In this document: in pieces, positions 1 through 29,960 of the stretch
Numbering within the stretch: position 1 is the first letter of the stretch
How the letters are laid out: every line of letters begins with the position of its first letter
Source of the DNA: Phoronis australis
Lineage: Eukaryota; Animalia; Phoronida
Length of the DNA stretch: 64,000 nucleotides
Reading direction: 5' to 3'
NCBI GenBank assembly: GCA_002633005.1
Contig: NMRA01000030.1
Span: 132,111-196,110 of the forward strand
The notes under the pieces: generated by a model
Database searches by the model: none
What the model saw: the letters and a program-made list of their open reading frames with translations, nothing else
Told to the model about the DNA's origin: nothing
Program-made: the position numbers and the translations under genes

Positions 1-3000
1 TGACATTCCTCTCTCTCTATTTTTCTCTGTTTCAATAGAGTACAGTAGTTACAAATGCAGAAAGAGGTGAATTGGTAAAAGTTAGTTTTGACAAAATGCT
101 AGGCAACAGGGAGATAAAGAGCGGACGGGACGAAGAGCTGCCATCTAACGGCTGTTGTAACTCCATAATAAACTCAATATTGTACAAAATTCGATATTGT
201 ACAAACCAACACTGCTGATGCAGAGAACCTGAAGAAAACAGTACTCAAAAATACACGTGCACATTGCTTTAACCCTCATGAGATTTATAAAGCACACGGT
301 TTTGGTAAAAAGGTAGTCACTCATCAGCGCTATGCCATTTCCAGAAGCATGGTTTGGATTTGAAACGTTAGAGGATTGGTTGGGTCGCCTTTCGGTCGTT
401 CGCATTGGTGTAAAGGTTAGTTGAACAGAGTCCGCCAGAAATCACGTGCGATCCTTTGAATGTTGCCTTGAAGAGTCCTATAAAATGTGAATTCCCGTTT
501 TGTTGACAACCTACAACGCCAAAAATAGCTCAACCAATGACACGGTCTTTGAAACATTTCCATGATTTAAGTTGGATTTTCATCTCCAATTATGTCATTC
601 TGGGCGTCAGTAAGCAAAAAAGTGTCAGGTTGACCTACTCATCCGAAATTGAGCAGTTCCAAATGAACGGTTGGTGACCCTTCAGTTTCGTTAAATATTA
701 AATACCGTAATCAGTGGCATGGGAAATTTTGAATGTGAAACTTGCGAGTGCTGATTTCGTGATTTTAAAGGTTTGGTTGTAACGGAATGAAATGCATCTT
801 AAACATTTCAAACTTACGCCATCTTTCGGAAATATTGAACCATTGTGTATCACCCACTCTGCGACTTCCGCTTTCAACTTGTGACTTTTTTCGTAAAACC
901 ATTCTCTTTCTATCGTCATACGACAAAAGACACAAAGATATCTATGAAATTTTCACGAATTTCCTACTTAATTCAATCTGTTCATTTTCTCAAAAAAACG
1001 AGGTACACTTATTTTTGAGTTGTTTCTTACAGTTCATCACGAGAGGAATTGGTTGCGTGCTGTGTTTCTGAGTAACAGCGGGTGTAAAGAGGTTGTCGTC
1101 AAATTGCGTAACTCATTTCTGCAGTGATGTCGCAGTGTCCATCATGGCTGATTGATTAACGAACTTGGTGTAGAGGTTCAACAACCTATCACTGCTAACT
1201 CATTGTCACACGATCACTGTTCAGTGATCAGTGGGGAAGAATTACGCACCTTCGGCAAGTAATTGTGGTCATAAATGAATCCAATGTTAAAAGGGGGACA
1301 AAATAAGAAACAACCTCATGATACAATGCAAATTTAAGGGTGTACATGTAGTTTAGTTTTAAAGGCCACTGTACACTATCATGAACTCGAGAAGTTAAAC
1401 CGCCTGTCTACATAACAGCAAGACATTGTACTATATATCATGAATTCGTCAAGTTTGATCTGTGTAGATATGACTGCAGAACTTTCTTGAAAGTAGGCTT
1501 GTTATCAAAGAGATAACGACGAGTGAGGAAGGGGCTGAACTAGGCGACGAATGGAAAGGGAAAAGGTTTCCGCCGCAGAGCAGTCCATAATCCCTCGCTT
1601 TTGAAAGACTTAGAAATACATTAATGCTGTCGTACCAAAATTTCGTTAAGAATTCGTAATGCTCGCTATTATGCTCAACTAGTGACATAACCCGTGAAAC
1701 AGGAATGTTAACCTAGTTATTGCTTACCGTCGTAAATGTTCAATAATATACTTTTGATTTTAAGTATTTTTCACTCTGTAGCTAAAGCATTAAAGGCGTA
1801 AGCAACTCATTTCAAAAAGATGTGATCCTCTGCATCAGTGACCGTTGTCATTAGTCTGTGCCAAACTGACATCTCTAAGCTACGTAGTCTGGGTAAACAG
1901 ACCGGCCTTCTTGCAATGTAAATGTACATACATGCAATAGAGTGTGGCGCAATAGCCCAGCCATTGTTACACAAGCTGTCGCAATATTTCGATCAGCTAG
2001 TAAGGGTTACTGACTCTTAGGGATTTCAGAGTTGAAGTAACCTGCAGCAATTCTTTACCCAACATTTGTAGAATTTAGTCCACATCCCCAACGTTTTCCT
2101 GACCTATTTTGTGCGACCGACTGAGGGGTAGCCCACTCGTTTAGTTATATCGGGGAAAGGGTGCGGGTGAAAGCTTGAGAAGCGTGTAACAATTAATTAA
2201 AGCAGGATTTTTTTGAAACTTTGTTATTTTTCTAACAATAATGCCTGTTTGTTGAACAAGCATTTGTTTGCTTGGAAATTTACGTTGTTGTTTTTTGGCC
2301 AGTAATGCAGCTCAGCCAGCGCGGAGTGTGTGCTCTCACTCTGAAACGGGAGAATCTCACTGTGTCATCGTCAGTGCGAATTCTCGCAAAACGGCTTGAG
2401 TTCACACCCAGCATCGAAAGAAAGAGGCGCCGAACAAAATCCCCTCTCACTTGTTGCTGTCCAGAGTATGAAAATGTTGTTAGACAGGTATTGCTCTATT
2501 AGCTCAGATATTATATCTATAATTAATATACTTGTCGTTAAACAGAAGTCTGCTTACTAGGTTCAATAATGCCAATGGCTTGCGCGGTGTTATCTTCGTA
2601 ATGCTCACCCGGAATAAGTGGACGAGTGTCACACCTTCATACCTCACACCGCTGCACGCTTCGGCCGTGCTTCCTAATTCACCAGCAGTGTGAACTTTGT
2701 AAGCCCATTTTAAAGATCCTACACCCACAACTGCACCCTAAATGGTATGCTTAGGGCTGTTTATTGATATCAAAAATAGCTACTGGATGGCACAGAATAC
2801 GGCGGTCACAGTCTTCTCTACAGACACACATCAGTCAATTTTCATAATGAGTCACGCAAAACACTAGGTGGCGCAAAACAGGACAAATCCGTCCGAAAAT
2901 AGGAAGACTTCTTCGTTTCACATATTTACCAAATTTCAAGAAAATTCGACAAGGAACTTTGAAGATAAATAGCCAAACGCAAAAAAGAAAATTACCACTA

Positions 3001-3034
3001 GGGAGCACAGCAGTATAGTCGTCATCTGTTCATG

Positions 3035-3168
3035 GGAGGATCCAGGATTTTGAGTTAGGGCCCGGGGGCAGAGCAGAAAGCCAGGATTTTGCCTGTCAGA
3101 CATTCGAACCCCAGAACAGCATTTTAGGGGGGCATGGCCCCCTTTGCCCCCCTCTAAATCCGACACTG
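3035..3168. mobile_element. Short GC-rich MITE nested in the HINE-like copy
   Basis: GGGAGGATCCAGGATTTT ... GCCCCCCTCTAAATCCGACACTG, the same architecture as the other GC-run MITEs in the window. Confidence 0.45.
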
Positions 3169-6100
3169 AACTTGTCTGCCACTTCTTGTTAGATCCTGCA
3201 AGAGATTTAGGAGACACTGCAGCGGACACGTGACGAAAGACGCCACAGCTAGGACGGACGGACAATAAAAAAATCTTTAATATGTTTTTTCTCTTTTAAA
3301 ATCCCCCAAGCAACGCGGATTTCAAATTCAAACTGAAATAGAATGTTTGCCACCCAGTAGCAAACTGATATCGCCCAACAAAATTGTGCTGAAACAAACC
3401 TTGATATTAATAGAGGCGATACCTTTTAGTACTAACCTATACCCCACACCGTACATTCATAAATAGCCGCTTATACAAGCTGCAAGGCCAACAAAAACAA
3501 GTATTATAACGGGAAACGTTAAACAACGAATGTAAAATACAATACTTACGTCGATATAAAAGTTGCAAATTCTCAACCAAAAAGCGCTACCTGTTGGGTT
3601 TTAATGTATACTCAATTAGCTTTATCTCTGAGTGTGGGTAAAATAGGCTTCCCCTTCACGAACCACGCGGGTGTCCTCACTATCAACGTTTTTCCCATGA
3701 ACTGATTTTTTTCTTGCGAGTTGTTATTCTCTTCCGACGAACATGTGAACCACCAGCACTGAAGCACGTGCTTTGTACAATGTAGCGAAGCAGTATAGAA
3801 ACGCATAGTGGTTTATCAAGAAACTGAGTTCGTGAAAGTAATGGTGGTGAGTGAAAACGGAAAGTTCTTGTCTCAAAAATTGCGTTTGTGAGAAAAAAAA
3901 CACGTTGTTAATGAGAATTCCCATATAGTTCATCATGAGGGAGGTAACTGTCAAATTGTGTAAGCAGCCGGTCACGCCCACGGAGATAAAGCCACGTTCT
4001 ACGTCAGGGAGTACAAACACGGCTGCATTCTCATTAAGGTTATATAACATTGTCCATCATTAGTATGGAAATATTGCAGGTACATTTCAATGTATATCGA
4101 TCGAACCGGGAGAATACAATTGCGAAAAACAAGTCTGCAAAACAAGTGGAAACTTTTAAATAAACTTACTATGACGATATAATGTTATTTTAATTTTAAC
4201 GGCTGTTATGAGANAAATACAATGCATAGGGTATACAGTATAGAGTATAGTAATAAAGCATAGCCATGTACGTTTAGCTGGAGCTCTCCCAAAGTAGACA
4301 TCACTTCACTGGAGATCGCCTTGCAGTTAACATAAGATTATTCATACATTAAACATTCATTAATTGAATGACATGTGATACGCATAGTATACTTGACACC
4401 AAAAATACGGTTACAGTATTGACACTCCGGAATACGACATGATAGCCAAACATTTTCTGCGACCATAATAACTAGACATAAATGTGTGTGCGTGTACGAG
4501 CGTGTGCACATGTACATGTATGTAAACATTCGTGGACAGCACAGTAAGCCATTTGCGAGTGCAAGTATTTTCGCGTCAGCCAAGTTATCATTACTCGTTC
4601 TTGGTGAGATAAATGTCACGTCACCCATCCAGGGCAGGGCTCCTTAGATGTATACTTAGGTGTAACCCTGGACTTCATACAACACATGCGGCACGTGCTT
4701 GCCGAAAAAACTAAACCTGCACGTCTTGTTTCATATATTTCCACCCACAATGCATCGTGCACTTAAGTTTTTAGCGCTAGTGAAAACAGTAGGCCTATTT
4801 CCTTATATTTTATGGTCAACCGTTTCAAAGAGGAAGGTGTCTTGTACGCAAATTTACCTAGTGATACACGCTGTAGGCGCCTTATAAAACCTTCGTGGTT
4901 CCCATTTCACAAAGTTACTTAATTATTCGCAAGAGGGCGATGACCGACTATATTCCTCTTATCAAAATCGTCTAGTTATGTAATTTTAGTTTGCGCTTAT
5001 GAACTTTTCGCGTTGCCTTGTAGATATTCGTTCGAAAGGTTGTGTAATACTTAAATCAATTTCTAAATCGGAGTGTATGGATCAAGGGAGAATTCAACGT
5101 TAACAGCGTCGTGTTAGACAATTTAATTTTGGCGTTTATAAACTGTCCCAGAGATAAATGACGCAGATTTAATACAACCGGGCGTGTGTCATATTGCCGT
5201 CAAACGCAACAAATTAAAAGCGTACAGGCAAGCTCTCGTAAGGGCATTGCCGTGTATTGTGCTTGGATAAGATGATCTCAGGAGCACATAAGTAAAAGAA
5301 TGACGTTTTCCTAAACCGAACCACGGCATTCTGTAACATCTTGCACAACGGAATGTCTCCTTGATTGGAAACTTTTTATATCATATATTTTTATAGCATA
5401 TCTTGAATATCAAGCTCTGTGGAATATTCCTTAGTCGTTGGTAAACTTTCAAGATACAGTCAAGTGAGCTAATTTCTTCGATAACAAGTAGTGACGTCAA
5501 GCGACCTACTGTAAAACAAGTTTTCAGTCACTTGGAACTATCAAATGCACAACGAGAGTGTTTACCTTTAAATTAAAACACAATTCCACTTTAAATACTA
5601 AAATCTTCCTTTCCAAAAACTAATGTATAATTTGTAAATCTGAGATACTTCCTTCAGACATCGGATATCAAAATATTTTGATGCAAAATTATTTAGAATT
5701 GGAGAATTATCGCTAAAATCGCTTTCGAAAGAAGCCCTGGTGGGACATGAAGTTAAAGATATGAAATAAACTAAGCAAAAAACACACTAATTAATTCACA
5801 TGATTTTATATACTTTTGCAAACTCTTTGGTGAACGTAATTCCAAATCAGAAGCCCAGAGCTTACTAAATAGTTTCATCCCATTGGTGAATCAAAATTAG
5901 ACGAATTTCACGAGGCACAATCGAGTACTTACAATAAATTAAAACATTTTCGACCGTCAGTGACTGCGGTCATCCGCTGTAATTAAACAAAATATAATTG
6001 ATGTTACGTGAAAGTGAACAAATCCACTGATAATATAACATCGCGGGAAATATTGTCACGGCAAATTTTAGATTGTTAGTTTGTCTGTCAGCGTAACAGT

Positions 6101-6531
6101 CACAGGGGTCCGGATTTTGAGAACCAATTTCCTCCACTGAATAACGGACATCAAACTGGTTTATGCATGGTCTTGTAAAACTCTCATTATTTCCTGAACT
6201 TGATGAAAAGTTAAGCCAATCAAATGTTGAAAATTGGGGCACTTAGCTTGTGCCGCATTGTAATCTGAAGTGAACATTCTGTTCGATATTTCTGTCTACT
6301 ATTGTACCTGATGATGATATTTGATTAATATTGAAACGTCGTTTTCATCCTGGTCTCTAGCGTCGTTTTTGTTTCACACTTCTTGCTTGATTATTAGGTA
6401 ATGTTTGGTAAATGGAGGTGATATCATAGACGAGATGGATACGATCCGTTTGGTTAACAGGACATTTAAGAAAAATGATTTACACTTTTCAAGGAGCCAC
6501 CATTACAAACATTTGAAACGTAGACACCTTG

Positions 6532-6607
6532 ATATTATTATTATTATCATCATCATCATCATCATCATCATCATTATCATCGTCATTACTATTATCATTA
6601 CTATCAT
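6532..6607. repeat. (ATT)/(ATC)n microsatellite
   Basis: Directly visible trinucleotide run. Confidence 0.9.
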
Positions 6608-9600
6608 GTCCTTGTTCACCGTACACTCATTGTACTTCAGTATTCAGCGGTGGAAGCTGAAAGGCATGGGTGGTTAAGCTAAGAATAATTAGAGGTCAGT
6701 TGGCAACCATAAAAACACGCGACTTCTGTCAAAAACCGGACTTTTGGTTTTGACCATTTATTGTTATATAACACCTATCTTACGTTGCTCCTCAGATCAG
6801 AAACGATTTTTTGATTTGAGAAAAACTGCCAGGTCATCATTTGCTTCACACCAGGCCCATTGAATTGATTGTCACGGCGTGTTAGGGAAATACTCCGGCC
6901 AATTTATTCATTTTGCAACACAAATTCACAAAAATGATAAGAGGTCGAGCGACATAGGTTTGAAAGATGAAATACGCCTGCGAAGAGCGCATGCGACATA
7001 GCTTTGACAGGTGAAATAGCCTGCGAAGACAGTTTATGTTGTTAAGACCAGAACATGGTTTACAGAGGCGTTAAAAACGAAACCGGTCAATGATAATGGC
7101 ATTGTAAGCGGACACTAAAGTTGTTACGTCACAATCCCGACGGTGAATACAGTTTCGCCACTACTTGTCTCATTACGTCCATAAATCGGGCATTGAACGC
7201 GTTTCACTTCTGACACGTAACGTTTTCAGTAATGATTCATTTGATTTCCTAATATGCTATTCTAATTTTACGTAACTCGTTGCAAATAAAATGTATCTAT
7301 GATTGTCACGTTAAACACCCTGCCGTTGGAGAGAAGGGAATCTTCAGACGAAGACGTCCAGAACTAAGAACCAAGATGACGCAACCAACTGGGGAATCCA
7401 ACCGGTGCTTTGTTCATAAATCCCCCCTCTGGTGCACATGATGAGACCATGAGAGACATAATCGACTACAGCCATTGCGTAACTAATTTAATACGATCAA
7501 TCACAGTAGAGGGCATTCACTCGAGCTGATGACATCAACTTGTCACGAATCGGTTTTTGTGAAGTATGGTTTTGAAAACGAGGCGGGGCCAAACATGCAC
7601 CCAAAATATGAGGGTAAATAATGTTTTGCACTCTTTAGCTTACTTTATCAGCAGTAAGACGGGTGCCCACTGGATAACAAGCAGTAAAATTCAAGTAGCA
7701 CTGAAGAACTGAATTGCAAGAAAACGATCGTTGTTTAACCTCCGGTCAGAAAACGAAAACACAAAATAATGGTCTTTAAGTGACTGTATGTAGTGCAGTT
7801 AACAAAACACTTGAATTCAATAAAACAGGCTGGGTGACTTGCTAGCAATATTCGATGTCAAAACGAGCAATAGGACACCAGTAAAACCCTGCTTTAGAAA
7901 AGATTAAAATCATAAATAAGGTATATGTTTATCAAACGTAATTGTTCGCACATTTCAGAATTCTGAACACAAAGAAAGGGAATCGACCTCTAGCGTCCTG
8001 TGTCTACCTTGTTTGAAAGTTGAGCAGAGGGCATATGGCCAAATGAAAAAAGAAGAGAATGCACACACGCGCATTAGGGTGCCTTGTGAGGAGAGATAAA
8101 AATAGTTCTAGTTTTATCAGCTCTAAAGAGGTACAGGGGTAAATTTTTCTGCATATTTCGGTTTTAACGATAATTGTTTGGTTTGAATAAGTATGCGATT
8201 TCATCAGTTACTGAATTGAACAATAGTAAAGCAAATAGAAAATGCAGCTATTTTTTTAAACTTTTGAAACCATTTTGAAAAAACTGCCGGATCACTTAAT
8301 AACACATTAAACGAAATGTTTCGCCATAATTTCTCAAAATCAAAACTTCGCCTATCATCCTATCAGCGAGCGACACAGCTGGCGCGGAATGATCTGTCGG
8401 AGTGATAAGTCGCAACTTGGCAGCTTTTCAAATAAGCCATTGGTTGGACTCAGTATAGTCCATCTACTCTGTTGCCGAGATTACATGATTGAGTCCCAAG
8501 CAGCTGATTTTTTTGCTTTTGCCTGACTTTTAGACTGCTCCTGGGGAGGCTTTTGGCTTGTAGACAAGTTTTCTGATGTTCAGCTTCGTTTTCGGGAAAC
8601 AGGCTGAACCGTCCGTAGACTGATTTTTACCAAAAAGACAAAATACTCCGATAAACAACCCCCAAGTGTTAATGGGTGCTGGAACCAAGGAGTGTATCGT
8701 ACACTCCTTGTTGGAACTGCCAGCATTGTTGTTGTCTCCGGGTTTAAACATGTTACGTCATGCCTTCATTTAAATGAGTTGAACAAATACGTTCCGCTTG
8801 TAGTGTTTTTGTCAAGCAAACCTTATTTTAAATCGTAAATTAAGTTATGAAAATAAGTACTTTCCATAGAAAGTTGGTGCAACTGGCCCGGGAAATTAAC
8901 TCCAATTTTAGACAGGATAGTTGCGGTGAAGTTGGTACAGTCACACCCGGCACTGTCCGTTGCATTTGGGATTTGTGCGGCTACGCACTTTTACTCTGTC
9001 CAGCGTGCTTCCAGTATTTACTCCTTTGTCTGAACCAAAATATGACTGCTCTATTCCATTCTGCAAAATTAGACCGTTAAAAATAATATTAACAATCGGG
9101 AAATTTGAAGAACTGTTTATCCACTGACTCTAAAAATGCTGTCAAAAGCGCCCAACACAACGGCGGCACCTGCAACGAGGGTTGTCGGGTTGCATAGAAC
9201 TTCAGGTTTATTGTTCAACAATAACAACGTGGCGCATGATAATGCGACGTTATTGTTGCTATACAGCGTACAACTTTTATCCAACTGGGCCCTCAAAATG
9301 CGAAAGTAGCGTAGTGGTAAAAAGAAAAACATGGAAGAGAGTTAAGAAACTGTCACGTAGATGCAAGACAGTACGCGCCGTCGGCGGGCAGTTCCAACAG
9401 CCTTAGTACACAGGACCAACTCTTCGAAGCCGGGACTGAGTTGACCGTTACGAAAAAAGTACATGCATTTTGATAATTTATCAATAGAAAACGCATGACT
9501 TAACCTAAGCTTACGATCTATCTCTTAACAAAACGTCTTCCCAAAATGACAACAATAAAAAATAATAGAGGAAACCAAACGTCCGTTAGACTGGTTCCTT

Positions 9601-10703
9601 AAAAGAACATCAGATCCGGTTTTGGCCTAATAACAGATATTAAAAATGACGTTCCATTCATTTCTCTGAAACAAAATAATGATCTGTAACCCATCGTAAC
9701 CCTCAAATGTTTCGACCAAATTTGAAAATTCCTTACAAAGTCTGCTAAACGGGCAAGCGAGACCTACTTTTTATGGGAGTTACATCATAACTGTAGAGAA
9801 AGACTANCCCCCCCCCCAACCCCCCAAGAACCATAAAATCCTATTTGGGACACAGAGGTTATGTTTTTAGCTGAACCCTGAAATCTTCATTCAAGTGGGA
9901 CGCCACTATGCATTAACAGGTGGCAGAATGGAGCTTTTTAGTAACTTTTTAAGGGCACATTGTCGTCCCGATGGACGTCGGCAACGGTAACACATTTAGG
10001 TCACACGACTGCGTACACTGTTGTGTTGTTAGCCGTAAATACCCAGCGCTGAAACAAACCTTAGTCTGCCTACAGCTGTCTTGATATTATTTTGTGTTAC
10101 TCTACTGTAACAGCTTTTTAATGAGAACATGTACCACAAACAAAGTAAATTGGATAGGTGTCCCAGTAACTAGGATGTGTATCTTGTTAAAAATTGACAG
10201 GAAGGAAGACAACTGTAAGGCCAAAAGCAACATGTCCCTTTTATATCATCCGACAGAGAAAGCAGCAGACATGAAACACAGAAAGCGCATTTTGAAAGTC
10301 TGTTGATCACGTCTTTTACACAAACGAGTCCATTACACCGACTTGTGTAAGAAACATTGGGCCATCACCATGACGACTTTAAACAACCAAAGGACTTCAT
10401 TAAGGACAAAGGATGACAAAAGATTCTCGTTTGGCTCACTACCTCTAATGATACAATTTCAGTTGTACATTTCGCTCATTAACAAAGGTGGAAATAGAAA
10501 GAAGGCACAATTTAACAAAGCCATTTTATTAAACAAGAGGCAGAACATAGTGGATACACAAGTTAAGGCATCAATGATAGATGAAAGACCTCAATTATAC
10601 TGATTAAAGCTAAAATTCATTCACTCCCAAGCACTCAAGCAACAATTGTTTCATAATTTCCTAATAACAAAACGTTGAAAATAAATCTGAAACTAAATAA
10701 GGC

Positions 10704-10916
10704 GATCCAGATCCTCCCAAGGATACTATTGTTTCACGAAATGTAGAATATAAATCGGTAAATAAAACAACAAGAATGGATCAACTGAAATTTGAAATTT
10801 TCGGATGTAATAACTTCCTTTGTCAACAGAAACAGAAACAGAAACAGAAATAAAGTAAAATCAAATACTATATTTCCGTTTCTGTTGACAAAGGAAGTTA
10901 TTACATCCGAAAATTT
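10704..10916. repeat. Foldback/inverted-repeat element, copy 1
   Basis: Perfect 39-bp inverted repeat at 10795-10833 / 10878-10916. The 5' part is near-identical to 32824-32977. Confidence 0.8.
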
Positions 10917-10919
10917 TTC

Positions 10920-12402
10920 TTCAATAGAAAGCTATTTACCAAATTTCATGGAAATCTGTCAAGGAACTTCAGAGAAACAAAGGAAAATGGAAAAAAATGA
11001 AATTGCCACTAGGGGGCACACTGTATGTTGGATCCACCTGAAAGTCGTCGTCTGTTGTTAGCTTCATATAAATACACTTACCAGTGGGTTTAGGAGATAC
11101 AGCTATGGGCGCAAAACAAAACAAAACAAAACTACCACTAGGAGATGCCACAATAGTTGAAGTCATCATCATTAACCGTGCTCTTCACACTGCTAACACA
11201 AAAGCCAATTTTCAAAATCATCCTTAGAATGGTTTGGTTGACAGAGGGGTGGACGCCAAAAAACACTTGAAAACAGCAAAAATCATGGTCACTAAGTGGC
11301 GCAAAATACCTCGATACCATCCGAAAATGGGATGATACCGTCATCTCACTAATAGACCCCTATATTCCAAATTTTATGAAAATGCGTTGAGGAGGACCTT
11401 TGAAGATACAGAGGTAAACATAAAAACTAAAATTGCCACTAGGGGGCATACCAGTAGTAAGAACACGCATGACAATTTTCACAATCATCCTTAGAGCAGT
11501 TTGGTTGATAGAGAGGTGGACGCCACAAAACAGACTCGAAAACAGTAAAAATGGCCACTAAGTGGCGCAAACTACATCAAATCCATCCGAAAACAAAAGG
11601 ATATCATCACCTGACTAAAAGATGCCTACATGCCAAATTTTATGAAAATCCGTTGAGGACTTTTGAAGATAGAGAGGTAAACGTAAAAACACTGAAATTG
11701 CCACTAGGGGGCACACTGGTAGTCAGATCCGTCCGAAAGTCGTCATCGTCTATTGCCAACATCATATAAATACACTGGTTAGAGTTAGTAAAGATCCTGT
11801 ACACGCTTTAGGAGAAACAGCTATGGGTAAAAACAAAAAAACCGCCACTAGGAGGCGCCACAGTACTGAAAGTCGTCGGAAAATCACCAAGAACATACAC
11901 GCCAATTTTTACAATCATCCTTAGAGTAGTTTGGTTGATAGAGGGGTGGATGCCAAAAACTCGAAAACAGAAAAAATGGCCACTAGGTGGTGCAAAACTA
12001 TGTTGAATCCGCCCAAAAACAGGAGGATAGCATCATCTCACTAATTGATGCCTATACGCCAAATTTTATGAAAATACATTGAGGACCTTTGAAAATACAG
12101 AGGTAAACATAAAAAAATAAAATTGCCACTAGGAGGCACACCGGTAGTTAGATCCATTTGAAAGTTTGCTCGTGCCGTCCCATCCATGAAAGGAACACAG
12201 GTGCAAAAGTCCATGAACATACTCAAAGGGTTTTGGAGATAGAGCAGCGGACGCCAGATGCCGGACGGACGCTGAACGGACGCCGAATGGATGCCGGACG
12301 GACACCAGACTGACGCCGGACGGATGACAGATGGACGGGATGACAGCATAATGCATCCATATATGTGTGTGAGCGTGCGTGCGTGCGTGTGTGTCCATAA
12401 AA
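10920..12402 (+). mobile_element. Dispersed repeat with ~140-bp internal tandem subunits and a (GGAC)n/(GCGT)n tail; Helentron/HINE-like non-autonomous element
   Basis: Recurrent AAATTTCATGAAAATC and TTGCCACTAGG motifs and a GGACGGAC microsatellite. Related degenerate copies at ~2750-3270, ~18400-19060, ~22330-23520, ~40085-40860 (-) and ~42270-42720 (-). Family assignment is inference from architecture. Confidence 0.6.
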
Positions 12403-12737
12403 ACTGCAATAATATAACATGTAGCCATTTCAAAACTGAATAACAAGAAACAAGTGTGAGTCTATCAATACAAAAACAGAAGAATGTTTTAACCAGATGA
12501 TGTCATGCTTCTGGAAATGAACGGCCAAAGTGAGGCAAGCGCACTGGTGTCCACACATAGTCTTACACATGTCAATAATCCTTCTTTTAGATGGCCAATC
12601 TCCTCCACAGGTGGAGCTTTGAAAGAGGGCACTACAATATTGAGCAAAGAGAAGTAAAAGCTCAGTTGTGTTCAAGGTCATCCAATCAGTCAGCTTGGTA
12701 ATGCTTAGCAATAAGCCACTGCTTAAAAATACCCACA

Positions 12738-29377
<16,640 letters not shown>

Positions 29378-29834
29378 CTTGTCTTGTCTTTACTTGTTTT
29401 ATAGATCCCTGCGATTGCTTATATGTACTGTTCCATCATCTAACCTGCCAAAAGACACTTACATAATAACTACTCTAATCAATGACAAAAGTGTTTAAAC
29501 TTGTTCACTAAATAAAAAGCCACATGCAGACAACTATTCAGGGTTGCTAGTAGTCTTCATGTAAATTAAGCTGCATGTATAAAAATACAGTTTTGCACCG
29601 AGGTACGTAAAAAAAACTTGCCAAATAAAGTCCTATACAAAATTAGTGTTATTATAAAGTAGTTGTACCGACACTCGAGTAAACTGACATTAGAGCTATT
29701 ATGCACAAAGATGTCTCCTATCCTCTGAGCTCGGTCTTGTGAATGTGTGCAAACGTGAAGTTTCTTTTTTCAATAGCTAATGTTTTCTGTTTCCAACGAT
29801 GTCTTTGGAGTATAAAAGAATTTTAGGTACGCAC

Positions 29835-29960
29835 CAACCACAGGCGTCCTCAGCTTCTGATAGCGTCCCCAATAGACTAGATGCACAAACGAACTCTTCT
29901 TCAATAAACCCGGAAGTGTGCCGCTCTCCAATGAAGGAGATTACTATAATCTACCGGTAA
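29835..29960. promoter_or_regulatory. Putative bidirectional core promoter shared by ADPRH and HHAT
   Basis: ETS/GABP motif CCGGAAGTG at 29910-29918. It lies between a minus-strand donor (TTG|GTGCGT at 29834) and a plus-strand donor (CCG|GTAAGG at 29957). Both genes' ATG exons have upstream acceptors, and CpG is locally retained. Confidence 0.6.

Noticed and set aside
6405-6677. Poly-Ile ORF (and the poly-Leu ORF at 50990-51358) as membrane proteins
   Set aside because: These are translations of trinucleotide microsatellites.
4214-9807. Ns at 4214 and 9807 as further duplication junctions
   Set aside because: No repeated sequence was seen on either side of these Ns.
145-10603. Short ORFs in the first 10 kb (e.g. 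3724..4050, 8530..8751, 9117..9406)
   Set aside because: No recognisable domains and no phase-consistent exon chain found; small exons of a flanking gene cannot be excluded.
12041-12446. Overlapping 105-130 aa ORFs
   Set aside because: They arise from the GGAC/GCGT simple-repeat tail of the dispersed element; no protein motif.
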